64,000 nt of DNA from Amoebidium appalachense (taxonomy: Eukaryota > Protista > Ichthyosporea). Shown one piece after another: positions 1-11,860 of the stretch. The stretch covers positions 1,513,817-1,577,816 of the forward strand of contig CAVNZM010000013.1 in assembly GCA_963693365.1 (NCBI GenBank), given 5' to 3'. A program made the translations under genes and the position numbers. Under the pieces are notes generated by a model. The model saw only the letters and a program-made list of their open reading frames with translations. It was not told the DNA's origin and did no database searches. Positions within the stretch are counted from its first letter, which is position 1, and every line of letters starts with the position of its first letter.

Positions 1-1704
1 CACCCTAGGTTTCAATCTATTCTTCACATACACCCATGCCAATCCGCTTTTCGTAAAAACAATTCATGTTATGTTCAAATAATGGCACTGCACGATTCTA
101 TGCAAGTTGGTGCACAATACGTTGGCTTTATTGATTGGAAAACTGCTTACGATTCTGTCTCCCCTGGTCTCCTATGGGAAAAGCTTGCTGCACGGGGTGT
201 ACCACACTGCATTGGTGTTCTGTTAGAAGCACTCTTGTCTCAAACCTATGGTAGAGCTGTGGTTAATGGGCATCTTTCATATGGTTTTGCTCGTACTAGA
301 GGTCTCTTGCAGGGTTCATTGCTTAGCCCCTTTTTGTTTAACCTATTTATAGATGATTTGGCTGTCAAGATTTACGCCGAAAACGATGACCCTATTAATA
401 ACTTTCCGCCTGCACTTCTCTATGCTGATGATCTGTCCCTCCTTGCCCGTACCCCTAGACGCCTGCAAAGATTGTTCGATGTAGTGTCAGAGTGGTGCAA
501 GGCAAACCTTATGATCCTTAACATAGACAAATGTGGTGTTCTTGTACCTGATATAGCTAACAATTTACACACATTTACATTATCATCTAAACCTGTACCT
601 ATAGTTCCAGAATACAAATATCTTGGTGTTCCGGTTGATTCTGTTGGTGTTATGTTTCCCCATATGGTCGAAAAGAGGGTAGAGTTGGCTCGTAAGCGGT
701 TAGCTTTCTTCTCGGCTAATATTTTTAAAGACACACCCCTCCATCCTTCTATTAGACTTGCATTTATTCGCACTTTTGTCTTCCCGGCATGTGAATATGG
801 TTTACCCCTTCTCGCCGCTTGGATCAAGAAAGAGAGAACTAGAGCGCTTAAACCCTTGGCAAATTTCCTTGAAGCAGAAGTTGCCTCCTTTCTATCTAAC
901 AACTGTTGTAAACCTGGGCCTGTAACGCTCTCGATATATGGTCTGGTCCCAATAGCTGCTAGAGTATCCTATCTCGCGCTGAAATTCAATAAGCACATAA
1001 GCCGCTTAAAGAAGTATTTGCCCTCCCACCCTCTCTTCTCTATCCGACCTGTCCCCTCCTCACCTCTCCCCTCTTTCCTCCCCTCTCTCTCCCCTTCTCC
1101 CCTGGGCACAAATACAAATAAACCCCGCAATAGTGTGTGTGTGACTTTGGACTGCCACTTACTTATTAAACATGTACACAATCACAAGATAATCACGCAA
1201 TATAACAAATGGAAAAAGATACCACACGACACTAGACCCGATGAAAGCATACACCTTGAAAAACTAAGCCTTATGTCTCGTTTTATATATACTGACCGCC
1301 TCAACCATATTGCCAAATATGGCACTCGCAAGTGTATAACACCTAAATACATATTACCTTCCTGTAGAACTGGTCTTTCTCTAGCTGATGGTATTATTGA
1401 TCAATTACCACGCTTTTACTGTACACGTGCTATACAGTGGAGATCTAATAAGTATAAGGTGGCATCATTTGCATGCCCAAACAACACACACACACACCAG
1501 TTTAACCGGTCATGTATCGCCAAATGTAGTTTGATAGACCACATAATACCGCAACACACACACGTCACATTCACAACAGACACCCAGAAAGATAGCCTAC
1601 CTGTAAATTACAACATCCTTGATTTTATACTAAACACGCGTAACTACGACCTGTTTATTAGATGTATTGATTGGCTTGAGAAACACATCACTACAAAATT
1701 ATAG
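1..1704 (+). CDS. LINE ORF2 C-terminal part (reverse transcriptase plus Cys-rich C-terminus)
   Basis: Motifs FIDWKTAYDSV, GLLQGSLLSPFLFN, LYADD, YKYLGV; frame open from the window edge to TAG at 1704. Confidence 0.93.
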   Translation, partial: HPRFQSILHIHPCQSAFRKNNSCYVQIMALHDSMQVGAQYVGFIDWKTAYDSVSPGLLWEKLAARGVPHCIGVLLEALLSQTYGRAVVNGHLSYGFARTRGLLQGSLLSPFLFNLFIDDLAVKIYAENDDPINNFPPALLYADDLSLLARTPRRLQRLFDVVSEWCKANLMILNIDKCGVLVPDIANNLHTFTLSSKPVPIVPEYKYLGVPVDSVGVMFPHMVEKRVELARKRLAFFSANIFKDTPLHPSIRLAFIRTFVFPACEYGLPLLAAWIKKERTRALKPLANFLEAEVASFLSNNCCKPGPVTLSIYGLVPIAARVSYLALKFNKHISRLKKYLPSHPLFSIRPVPSSPLPSFLPSLSPSPLGTNTNKPRNSVCVTLDCHLLIKHVHNHKIITQYNKWKKIPHDTRPDESIHLEKLSLMSRFIYTDRLNHIAKYGTRKCITPKYILPSCRTGLSLADGIIDQLPRFYCTRAIQWRSNKYKVASFACPNNTHTHQFNRSCIAKCSLIDHIIPQHTHVTFTTDTQKDSLPVNYNILDFILNTRNYDLFIRCIDWLEKHITTKL

Positions 1705-1706
1705 CG

Positions 1707-1757
<51 letters not shown>

Positions 1758-1790
1758 CCAGCTGATACCGAGTGTCCCGAGGGGGAGCCC

Positions 1791-1842
<52 letters not shown>

Positions 1843-2040
1843 GGGGAACCCCAACTAATTGATTTCTCCTTGTAGTCTTTATGGTGTCTCGTAGAGAAAG
1901 TAAACCCTGATATATAGTCACCACCCGACATCTATGTACGTGATCATGATATACCGCTGAGGGGATATTCCGAGCAAACCCCCCCCCCCCCCATACCTGA
2001 GACTGGTTCTCTTTGCCTCGAGTAAACAGCGTAAACCCCC
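1..2040 (+). mobile_element. Non-LTR retrotransposon (LINE family A), copy 1, 5' part outside window
   Basis: RT ORF followed by a ~335-bp 3' UTR. Homology with the copies at 43582-45115 and 61740-64000 ends at ...CAGCGTAAACCCC. Confidence 0.93.
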
Positions 2041-3566
2041 ATTGCCTTTACTTTTGGGCGCCAAGCAATAAAGCATGGATTCCACAATCTCCATATACTC
2101 TCTGACATGTCGACCGTTCACGGTTTTCAAGGGATTTATTTTTTTCGAATGACTGGTACATATAATATCGTTACGATTAGATACATCCACATAGGAAATT
2201 TCCTATCATATTTTTGCCTGTCTGTGAATGAGTGACGCTTAGGACCACTTAACCCATCGGAAACTTTGTGTAGTTCGCACACTTATGGTCCCCCTAGATG
2301 CACAGCCCGCACAAATTTGCGACAGCAACCGTTACCATGCAGAACATGTTGTAACAGCTACTTGTTTCAGTAGTAAGTATGGTCCTCCTCTCTCTCTCTC
2401 TCTTTTTTTTTATCATTTTCATATCCTCTGTTTTTATTGTCGTAACCGATATCAGGTCTTTTCGATGTCTCTTATAACGTTATATTTACACATCGTGCCG
2501 GGAAATAAAAAACAATCAGTAACGTGACTTGCCAATACTTTCGCATGCGTCATCACCTCGATCACTTGCATGTGCTGAACAAGGATATGAAATTTGTGCT
2601 ATGAGTGAATCCGGACGCCGAAGACATGCGGAAACCTCGATAATATCATCCTCACTTGAGGGTTGGAACAATATATACAGCAGTTTGTTGAAAATCTACA
2701 TGCAAAGAGGCCTACACGGTGCGGAAAACTGTCACCTACATATAAAGAAAACTGTTTTGTATGAAGCAAAACAAAAAATATACGCTTTTTAAGGATGTGC
2801 GTTGACTGTTCCTACTTGTTCCTGATCCCAGTCCACTAATCGGAATGACCCGATCGAAGCATTTCCTAGGTAAATACACCCATGACCTTGTCGAATCACC
2901 TTGATCCTCTTTATTAATAAACGAGCTTTGGCTTACGACACAGGCAATCGCGCGATTTCTCTTGGGTTCAAACCTGTTTGCGGGGGATTTACCAGGAACC
3001 AATAGATGAGGGGCTTTGCTTTCCGACCAATCACAGAGCTTGATGATGAAATTTTCCTCGGGGAAGCTCTATTTTTTTTTCTTCTAAATTTGACTGGATT
3101 TATTTTCCTTAATACTCTCGCGACCGCGTGCATGCTTTCTCTCGCGGCGGCCGGCTCTACGGTCCCTAGAGTCCAGTGTTCGCTGTGTGTGTAAGGAAAA
3201 ATACGAGTCACCTCAGCAGGTGACAGGAGCAACAGTACGTACGTAAACAGGGTTGCTTGCTTGCCCCTCTGTCGCTTGGCCCTCTGTTGTGGTCATCTAA
3301 GTAAAACTTTTTCTATTCTCGGCTGACGTATTTTTGCGTAATTTTCATTATTGTTCATTAGCTTTTTTAGGCACAAGTTCCTTCTTTTTTTAGATAACTT
3401 ATGGGTTTACACACTTTTTATTGCGTGGACACCGTCTGCCGAAGGCCCAGCCACAATCGACGACCTACTGCGTTTTCCAGCACAGCCAATCAAATGCAGC
3501 CAGTGACATATGTACATGCTAGGCAACAATGAGCGCCATCGTAGTATCTGACACCCCTGTTACATA

Positions 3567-4417
3567 TTATGGGTAAGCAGAGGCTAGCATCGGTAGCTCC
3601 GAAAGAAAGTTAAGGCACCGGATCACAATATCATACTGTGCAGCATTAATAAGGTGATCTAGGATAGTCATCTTAAAACGGATATATTGAGGAAGAGAGG
3701 AAGAAAAGAGAATAAAACCGCCAATAACCTCCGGTTCTACTACATTAGCTAACAGGTTGCATTTATTGATAGATATGCAGCCGCGAGTAAACCGCCCCCC
3801 ACACATATTACACATACGAGCAGGAGACACCAGAAACCGACTCGGATTACACCGCCAAGCCATAATCATCTTTGCGTTTTTACACCACACCACATTACGA
3901 ATAAACGAATCTATGTACTACGAGACTCTCTAACCGTATCCGCCATATAGGCTACTAGTAGTTTTGCGGTCCTAACACCGGAAGGGACTCAACACGTAGA
4001 GTAAAAAGATATCTATCAGCCATAGACTTGAAACTATTCATATTCACACTATGATCTAGCCGTACCTCCGGGGGGGTCGCCAGCCATTCCACATAACGCT
4101 CGGCAATGGGCAGAGACGATGGGGAAGGGAAGAGGTAGAGGGGCGAGTCCGGCGGGGATGCGTGTAGCTGGAAGAGCGGGTGGTCCGGGGCACAAGCGGA
4201 CGCTGAGGCGGGTGATGTGCTCGTGAAATTTAAGGGCTACTTCATGTACGCGTTGTGATGGTGGTGTGAGTGCGTAGAGAGAATCAAAAAGGCGTCTAGG
4301 GATAGGTGTGGAAAGACCAGTGAGAAATGTACAACAAGTTGTGTAGTGGAAATCATCTATTGATTTGAGGACATTAGTAACAGTATCCGGGGGTGCCATA
4401 GCTAGTAAGGGCAACCC
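3567..4417 (-). pseudogene. LINE B ORF2 C-terminal portion (frameshifted)
   Basis: LPLLAM...VALKFHEHI...CNMCGGRFTRGC...TILDHLINAAQYDIVIRCLNFL parallels LINE A LPLLAA...LALKFNKHI...NILDFILNTRNYDLFIRCIDWL. Confidence 0.85.
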
Positions 4418-5764
4418 TGTGGTATATTATACCGGATATCTAGTATGGATGTACACAGGTTGAGATATACGCGCACGTGTACATGTGACATATACTAATC
4501 CGTCTCAGCAGATTAGCCTAAGTCTACGATCGAGATCGGGGGGGGGGGGGGGGGGGGGGGGGTGGCCCGGGTCACAGATCATCAAGATCGAGTCCGGGGC
4601 CTCAAGATAGCTGTGCAGCTGCGTGCATCATCTTGCCTCTGCCGGCGCAGGGCATTGGACCACGTCAGCCGGGACAGCCGTCCAATAGAATTCTAATTAG
4701 TGTGTAGGATAGATCGTAGGAGGACTTAATAATGTCATTGTTCGGGCAGAAGCCCTTTTGTAAGGATTGGCAAGGTTTGATAGTATATGTTGCCAAACGT
4801 ATTTATATATGTAGATGTAGAGGAAAGGGGGGGGAGGGAGGGGGGGGGAGGATAGTATGAAATGTAGATTTAGACTCTGCGGTGCCACTAGGGGGAGGGT
4901 GAGGGGTGAGACTTGGATAAATATATTAGTTGAGTAGATCGACTTAGCTCGTGCAGGCGCACGATAAAAGTAGATCGGAATGTTAATGGAATGTGGCATC
5001 GTAGGGGGCCAGGTGATGATGATCTTGTAGGGCACGGCCTTGATGGCCTCAGTCGTAACTTAGACTCAATCCGTACGGATCTAAGTTTGCCCGTCGGAGC
5101 CTGGTCTTAATAAACTTTACCGTTTTTCTATACACGTTCGTTCCTTTTCGTGTGTGTACACTTAGTAGAGTGCCGCGTCTCTAGTACACATATATTAGGA
5201 TACGACAACATGTATATATACCACTGTGTTTGATCTTAGGTAGGCCAGTATGCATGTCCCCCCCAGTCTTGTGCGCATGAGCATGGAGTTAAACATATGT
5301 GCACGTGCAGCTTGCAGGATTATTCATGGGAAAACAGATATAATAGTCACATGGGACCGACACCGTGACGTAGTAGAGGAACCATGAGCGTTAAGTTATA
5401 GTTTTATCATGGGAAAATATGCAAGTAGCCGTGAGGATAGTATGACTGTGGAATGCATCGCTAGTCAAGTACTGTAACCCGATTGGCTCACTAAGTTTAT
5501 TGGAACCGTGATAGCCATGGGACAGAACCGTGAACCGTATGTGATTGGCTCTCGTAGCCAAAAAGGACATACCGATGCGCATGTCTGAGCCGCTGTGCGA
5601 GCTCCGATATAAGGGCATGTCGGGGGCTTCAGAGCCCACTGAGTGTGCTCGGCTTACTAGGTGTAAGTAGGACTAGCACGTAACTTAGCAAAGCGTGGTC
5701 TAGTCAACCCCGTTCATTTACAAATATATTGTTTGTCACGGACACACGATCATTCTATACAACA
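4418..5764 (+). repeat. 5' LTR of chromovirus (interrupted by a solo LTR)
   Basis: Matches 27506-28114 once 4486-5212 is removed; TGTGGTAT...TACAACA; TATA-like GATATAAG near 5607. Confidence 0.95.
4486..5207. mobile_element. Solo LTR of an unrelated family inserted in the chromovirus 5' LTR
   Basis: 722-bp insert absent from the 3' LTR; TG...CA ends; 5-bp TSD ACATG at 4481-4485 and 5208-5212; contains TATA-like and AATAAA motifs. Confidence 0.8.
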
Positions 5765-5780
5765 GCTGAGCTACACCCCC
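5765..5780 (+). promoter_or_regulatory. Putative primer-binding site GCTGAGCTACACCCCC (non-canonical, no TGG)
   Basis: Abuts the 5' LTR; reverse complement GGGGGTGTAGCTCAGC resembles the 5' end of tRNA-Ala. Confidence 0.6.
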
Positions 5781-5855
5781 TGCAGCGCTAGTTCTTGCGC
5801 TGCAAGTGTGCTCGTTTCAAGCAAGTACTATGTTTTTAGTTGTTTGGGTTCTAAC

Positions 5856-7408
5856 ATGTCTGGCCACCATGGTGACGACAATGCCGGCCCTAGCGGCCTG
5901 CATGGGGGCGAAGCAAGAAATGCCGACCTCATTTTCCTTGAAGAACTCGGGTATAATGTTCCCCTCTCCCCCCCCCCGGCACTTCACCGTGGTACCCTTC
6001 TGGAGCAGACATTCCGTTGCTCGACCGTGTCTACTTCCGTTCACACGACCTGCAACACGACAACCAATATTGCTTCTCTTTTCGTTCAGGGGAAACCGAC
6101 TACGGCCAATCATTTGACCCCAAAGACTTGCCACCTGAAGATAATCGACATTCATCAGTCGACCAGTTCTCCACGCTGGAAGTCGAGGTCAACGCGAACA
6201 CGCAGGCTGGCACGCGCCCTAACGGAGTATGCAGATTTGCACAGCAAGACGGGCGTGAGCCTGGCAGTTTGGTGCTGGTGCGTTCTTGGGTGTCTCCTTC
6301 TGTTCAGGCTGCTGCCCATTGTTGGTATCGAAGTTTGCCAGCTGTACAGCGCGCACGGCACTGTACCGTTCGTCGTCGGCACTCACCATGCTCCACCAAC
6401 AACTGCTCGCCCTCGCGAATGTATTCACTTCCAGGCAAAACTATGCGTGCCTTTCAGGGCAGTCTTCCCACATAACTAAGTCACATGAATTTATCAATCA
6501 GTTAGTGGCTCTTAGTCGTGGTGAGCTCGACCTAGTTGTTACTTATTATGGTAACAGGGGCCCTCGAAAATTTCATCCAAGCATGCTCCCCTCGTGGGTT
6601 CGTGCCGGACGGGGCCCCCGTAAGAACTCTGGCCGAGGTGGTAGGGGTGGGCGTGCCGTGTTGGTGACCGGGGGGGGCATAACAACCCCCCTCCTGCTGC
6701 CAACGAAAATGGGGATGGTAATGCAGGTGGCGGCGGCCCCCCACCTCCCCCGGACGGTGGTGCTGACGGTGGTGCCGGTGGTGCTAACGGTGCTGGTGGT
6801 GCCGGTGGTGGTGGTGGTGATGGCGGTGGCGACGGCGGTGACGGTGGTGATGACGGTGACGGTAACGACGGCAACGGTGACGACCGGGAGGGGAAGGAAA
6901 AGATTCAACACATCCCCTCAGCAGCAATTCAGTCCCGTCCTATCCTCGAGGCCGCGGCAGATGCCGATATCGACGAATTCTACAAACAACTCCAACATCA
7001 TTTAATTTTCTTTTGTATTATGGAGTTCAAGTTGGTGGGCTTAAATCGCACGTTGATGTTTATTCGTATGTGCATGGGCCCCGGGGACCCCCGAGATGCT
7101 GCCGATAACGTCGACCTTTCCACGTGCACCGGCATCGACGATTTTTGGGCTAAGTTCCTTGAGAAGTATTTAGACAAGGAACGTAAGGAGGAGCATTTAG
7201 ACGAGCTGAACAAGCTTCGTTTTATGCACACTCGGGCCTCGATAAAGACATTCCACAAGAAATTTAATTGCATCGTCTCCAACACGGGTCTCAAGAACAT
7301 GCCCGAGGTCGTGCTTCATCATTACCAACGTACCCTTAACAACTACCCGGACCTTTGTTCGGAGGCCCGGGCTGCCACCACCCTCAAGCAAGCCATGGCC
7401 CGTGTCAT
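5856..7408 (+). pseudogene. gag: Chromovirus gag, N-terminal part (frameshifted): Gly/Asp-rich linker plus capsid-like domain
   Basis: FWAKFLEKYL...LNKLRF...SIKTFHKKF pattern typical of retrotransposon gag; joins in frame (AMARV/IRRYE) to 22607 after removing the TIR insertion. Confidence 0.8.
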
Positions 7409-8335
7409 CATCAGCAAACATCTCCCGGCATCTTTTTCCCGTCTCAAACCAGTCTGGGACATCCTAAACCCGTAACCCATCCTGAACCATACCCTTTGTA
7501 ACCGTTATTAGTTAGAGATGACTCCAAGCTATCCCTAACCCGTCCGGCTTTAGCAGGCGATATTAAAGACATCTCTGTAAGTACGTCCTTAGCATATCTG
7601 TAACCCGGCGAAACCCTGAGTCCCGTGTTCCATCTGTTTCCTCCCCCAAGCATATCTTAGAGCCGTCTTTGTTATGTCTTAAACGAATCTATAAAAAGAC
7701 AATATTTATGAACTTTTACTAAAAAGATATCCCCAGCATATCTGTAAGCTATCGATCAGCCGTCTACAAGAGCGCTTTGCGATCACCAATATCCATCTTT
7801 AATACTACTTTATGTAGTTCAGACGAACATATATGGCATACTTAACACCTCTTGAAGAATTTGCAGAGATATCATATTACAGATATGTTGTGGTTAACCT
7901 AAATGTATCCTTACGATGTAGTTATGTAATATGTTATTTCAGTCTAACACGAGTTGTCGACTTTAGGACGTACTAAAAGCAACTCACCGATAGGCTAGGG
8001 ATATTTTTATTGGTACATAGTGACACAAACAACTTGAAGATATGCGTGAGACGTATTTACGTCATAATATAGATTCATCATCAATAATTGAGGAAAAGAC
8101 ACAATTAATATACACTTTAGACGGCTTTAGGACGGCCTAACGTTATATATGGTCGCTCCCATAGATAGAATAGTTATATATTCATAGTTCTGGTAAGAGC
8201 ACCGGAAGATTTCTTGATGCAATTTTAAAGCCATCTTTCAGGATGTTCTAAAAGTCACACTAAAAAGACCGTCGTCATCCTTAAAGTCATCTGTTGGATG
8301 GCTGGAGGTTGTCGTGATGATATCTTAAACCCCCA

Positions 8336-8366
<31 letters not shown>

Positions 8367-8370
8367 GGGA

Positions 8371-8782
8371 CCACCACCCACCCCACATGAACCTTTGACG
8401 ATCGATGACGACGATGAGGTGCCAGACCCACAGGGTCTTTTCCTGGGCACCACCACCCACCCCACATGAACCTTTGACGATCGATGACGACGACGAGGTG
8501 CCAGACCCACAGGGTCTTGCCTCCATACTTTATTTACCTTAACAGGACAAAGAGCCGGTACCCACCTATGGGTGCTAAACATGCACATGATCATTCATGT
8601 GCTATAAGAGCAACACAGAAACGAAACACGGAAACAACAGCAGCCATAGGACAAAGAGCCCCAGACCCACAGGGTCTTGCCTCCATACTTTATTTACCTT
8701 AACAGGACAAAGAGCCGGTACCCACCTATGAAACGAAAAACGGAAACAACAGCAGCCATAGGACAAAGAGCCGGTACCCACC
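8371..8782. repeat. Interleaved short direct repeats (~40-80 bp modules)
   Basis: CCACCACCCACCCCACATGAACCTTTGACG.. x2; CCAGACCCACAGGGTCTT x3; GGACAAAGAGCC x4. Confidence 0.85.
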
Positions 8783-8891
8783 TCTAGATGATAACGTAGC
8801 CTTATAGCTGCTGATGACTTCATGGGCCAACCTTGCCAAAACCTGTAAAGGAACTCGAGCTAAGAATTAGCTCATCCTACTTGCGAGAAGT

Positions 8892-8926
<35 letters not shown>

Positions 8927-9294
8927 GAGGGGGCTGACTGAGAGTGGCAAAAAAAGAGTCGACAGAACCAACCTCAAACATAGTAAGGACGGAAACCCGG
9001 ACCAGAACTTATGAAGTCTAGAGAAGCAGAAAATAGCTTGAACGATCGGTGGAGGGGATGATAGCTATAGTGCTAACAGCAAAAGTAGTGCCCACAGTCG
9101 CTGGTTCATGAACGTGAAAGGCAACGTGCATCTGCAGCCAGCAGACACACGCACACGCACGCACACACACACACATACACACACACACACATAGACACAG
9201 ACACAGACATAAACACAGGACGGACACAGACCAGACAGACAAACGCCATATGCACAAAAGCAGGCAACACAAAACTAACCTTCAAAGGGCCTTT

Positions 9295-9780
9295 TGTAAA
9301 CAACTGTACACATGAACTGTACATGTTTACTAAAGAATGTGATCTACTAGCACACGATTCGTGCTTTGTCATGAACCTGAATATCACATAAATATTATGT
9401 CCGCACCAATAGGACTCACTCTGACCTAAGAATTGAACCATATATGGTTCTTCCGCTGCATACCACATAAACGAAGTGAACCAATAAGAGGTTTGCATAA
9501 ATAGGACGAAGGTCTGACTGGCTCGGACCGCACCAGAATCACGAATGGCATGTTGCCACCCGCGCTGGCCGCGGATGAACCAATCCTGGGCCTTGATCCG
9601 AAACCTGGGGGCTATATAACAAAGCCGTCCCAGTACGGGGATCACATCAGTGAAGTCTGAGACAGACTGAGTCGGCCCATAGTAAAAGCAACCTGGCCGC
9701 GTGTGCCTTTCTACCCGTTCTCTGTCTTTATTTTGATTCAGTTGTACTCTGCCTTATCCTAACTAGTCCAACTGTTTACA
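9295..9780 (+). repeat. LTR 1 of tandem element
   Basis: TGTAAACA...TGTTTACA; TATA box GCTATATAAC near 9611. Confidence 0.95.
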
Positions 9781-11669
9781 TTGGCGACCGCGCAGTTCAA
9801 GAATCTCGCATCCTTCGAATCTCACATCTTTCAATCAGTTCAAGAATCTCACATCTTTCAATTACCCCAAGAATCTGCCATGGCCGATCACAATCCTTTT
9901 TACCACGATGATAGGCACATCTTTCTTTGTCAGGCTTAGAATACATACACATCGACAAGTTTGAAGTGGCCAGCCCACCTACACGGAAAGAATTGAAAAC
10001 ATGTAAAACGGCTTTTGCTACGACACAAAAAAAAATGTGAAGAAAAACGAACACACAACGAAACAACGAATACACGAACAAACGAATAAAGAATTGCTAA
10101 CGAAGCAATGAACCAACGAAAAACGAACCATCACGAATACACAACGAAATAACGAATTAACGACAAACGAATGCATAGAGGAAATACGAAATAAACGCAA
10201 CACGAAAATAAACGAAGGAACGAAGTTATGAAACGACGAAAAACGAAAAACGAAAGCAAAATGAAATGGAAATACGAAAATGAAAGAACGAATGCACAAC
10301 ACTGCTTGGGTTGCAATGCACACAGCCCCCTCTATGTTACGAAGAAAAGAAAACCGTTGCCATTGCGTGCATTGCGCTATTGCACACTGTCATCGTGTCC
10401 ATGCCACCGCATGCACCTCCACACTCGCAAGCCAGATGCACGGCCACTTTCAGCACGAATGCATTTAAAGAAGAAGATAGTCGCTGTTCCTATAGCATTG
10501 AGGACATAAGGTGCTGTGAAAGTAGTTTTGCATGCATGCTTCGAATTTCTTGCTGTTTTCGAATACAGCATGCCCCATAGTTTAGCGCACAGGATGCACA
10601 ACATGCGCATGAATGTATGCTGGCATGCCTAAACACATTACGAACATATGCCTCATGTATGGCGGCCCTTCCTGGTGCCACGCCCTAACGAATTTGCACT
10701 CTTGGTGCACAAAAGGCATGTAATAAAGTCGATGCAGAACTTTTGTTCATGCATGTGAAAAACAAAGAAGGTGTTGGGTACGAATTTTAAGGTGAATGCC
10801 CGTCTGTGGCAATACTGTGTAACATACCAATTACACTGTCAAGCCTTGCACTAGCTGCCGGCACACCCCCACCAGAACAAAAGAATGTGGTATGGGCACC
10901 GCTCCCTCACAACCCCATCATACAGTGTCAGTATTTTGGCTGGAAGCCTTTCAGTTTCGAATTACGAATACCCTCCTTCACTACTGAAGAAAGTGACGTG
11001 GAAGACGAATACGAATACGAATGCAAGGTGTTGTTGACTAACACATCGGACCATCATGTGTACCTAGGCCCTGGTACGGAGGTGACCATGTTATTCCCTT
11101 GCGATATGATGACACTGTAACAATTTAGCACGTGCATACCCCACCAATGGGCACATGCGGGAGACAACCCCACAAGCTGCCTTATTGGGCACCTCTGCTA
11201 AAACGAATATTCTTCTCACGAAGGAACAGAAGAATGCCACGAACACGAACCACACACTCACCAGGCAGCTACTTACATCTAATGTATGTAAGAAGTAGGG
11301 TGTGTGAACGGGGTAACTTCATGAACACCAACACGAAAGAAAGCACAGCACAAAGCAGTTCCACGAACACGAATGGTTTTGGTTTTCCACACAACGAACA
11401 GAACCAACAGTAGGGCCACCTACAAATGAAGCAGAGGATGGGGCACCATCCAGACCTGCACTGGAGGATATGAAAACACGAAGCGCGCTCACGAAGTTGC
11501 TTACAAAAGAAAGGGCGACTGTGACGACTTTTCTTTTTAGGCCAAGCCTCCAGAAGAATGTATTATGCCTGGAATCCCCCTGCTCAACGAAAATGGCTGG
11601 CAAATGGGATACGAAAACTGCTCACGAATGGAAGCATGTGTTTTCTGAAGAAGGCTTGCTTTGCCTACC

Positions 11670-11860
11670 CTCTTCTTATGAATTATGAACCGGGTTTTTA
11701 CTGGTTCTGACGGGCTGATATATTTCTTTATGTCGCCCAACGAAGAACATTTAGGGCATTCTTATTCATGTTATTCCCGGCTCCGATGATGCAGGGTTAA
11801 AGCTGAAAGGAAAGAAGTGCTCTTTGTTCCTGAAAGAAGTGGCTTTTCCGGCCATGGTGA
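11670..11860 (+). pseudogene. Relic of Gypsy RT (second copy at ~14742-14932)
   Basis: Translates to AGLKLKGKKCSLFLKEVAF-, then GH after a frameshift; this is the conserved RT segment downstream of YxDD. Confidence 0.65.

Noticed and set aside
420-902. Antisense 160-aa ORF recurring in LINE A copies
   Set aside because: Recurs only because the copies are near-identical; it is a shadow of the RT frame.
9295-9780. Retrozyme (hammerhead ribozyme in the LTR of a tandem non-autonomous element)
   Set aside because: No CTGANGA...GAAA core with flanking stems found by eye on either strand.
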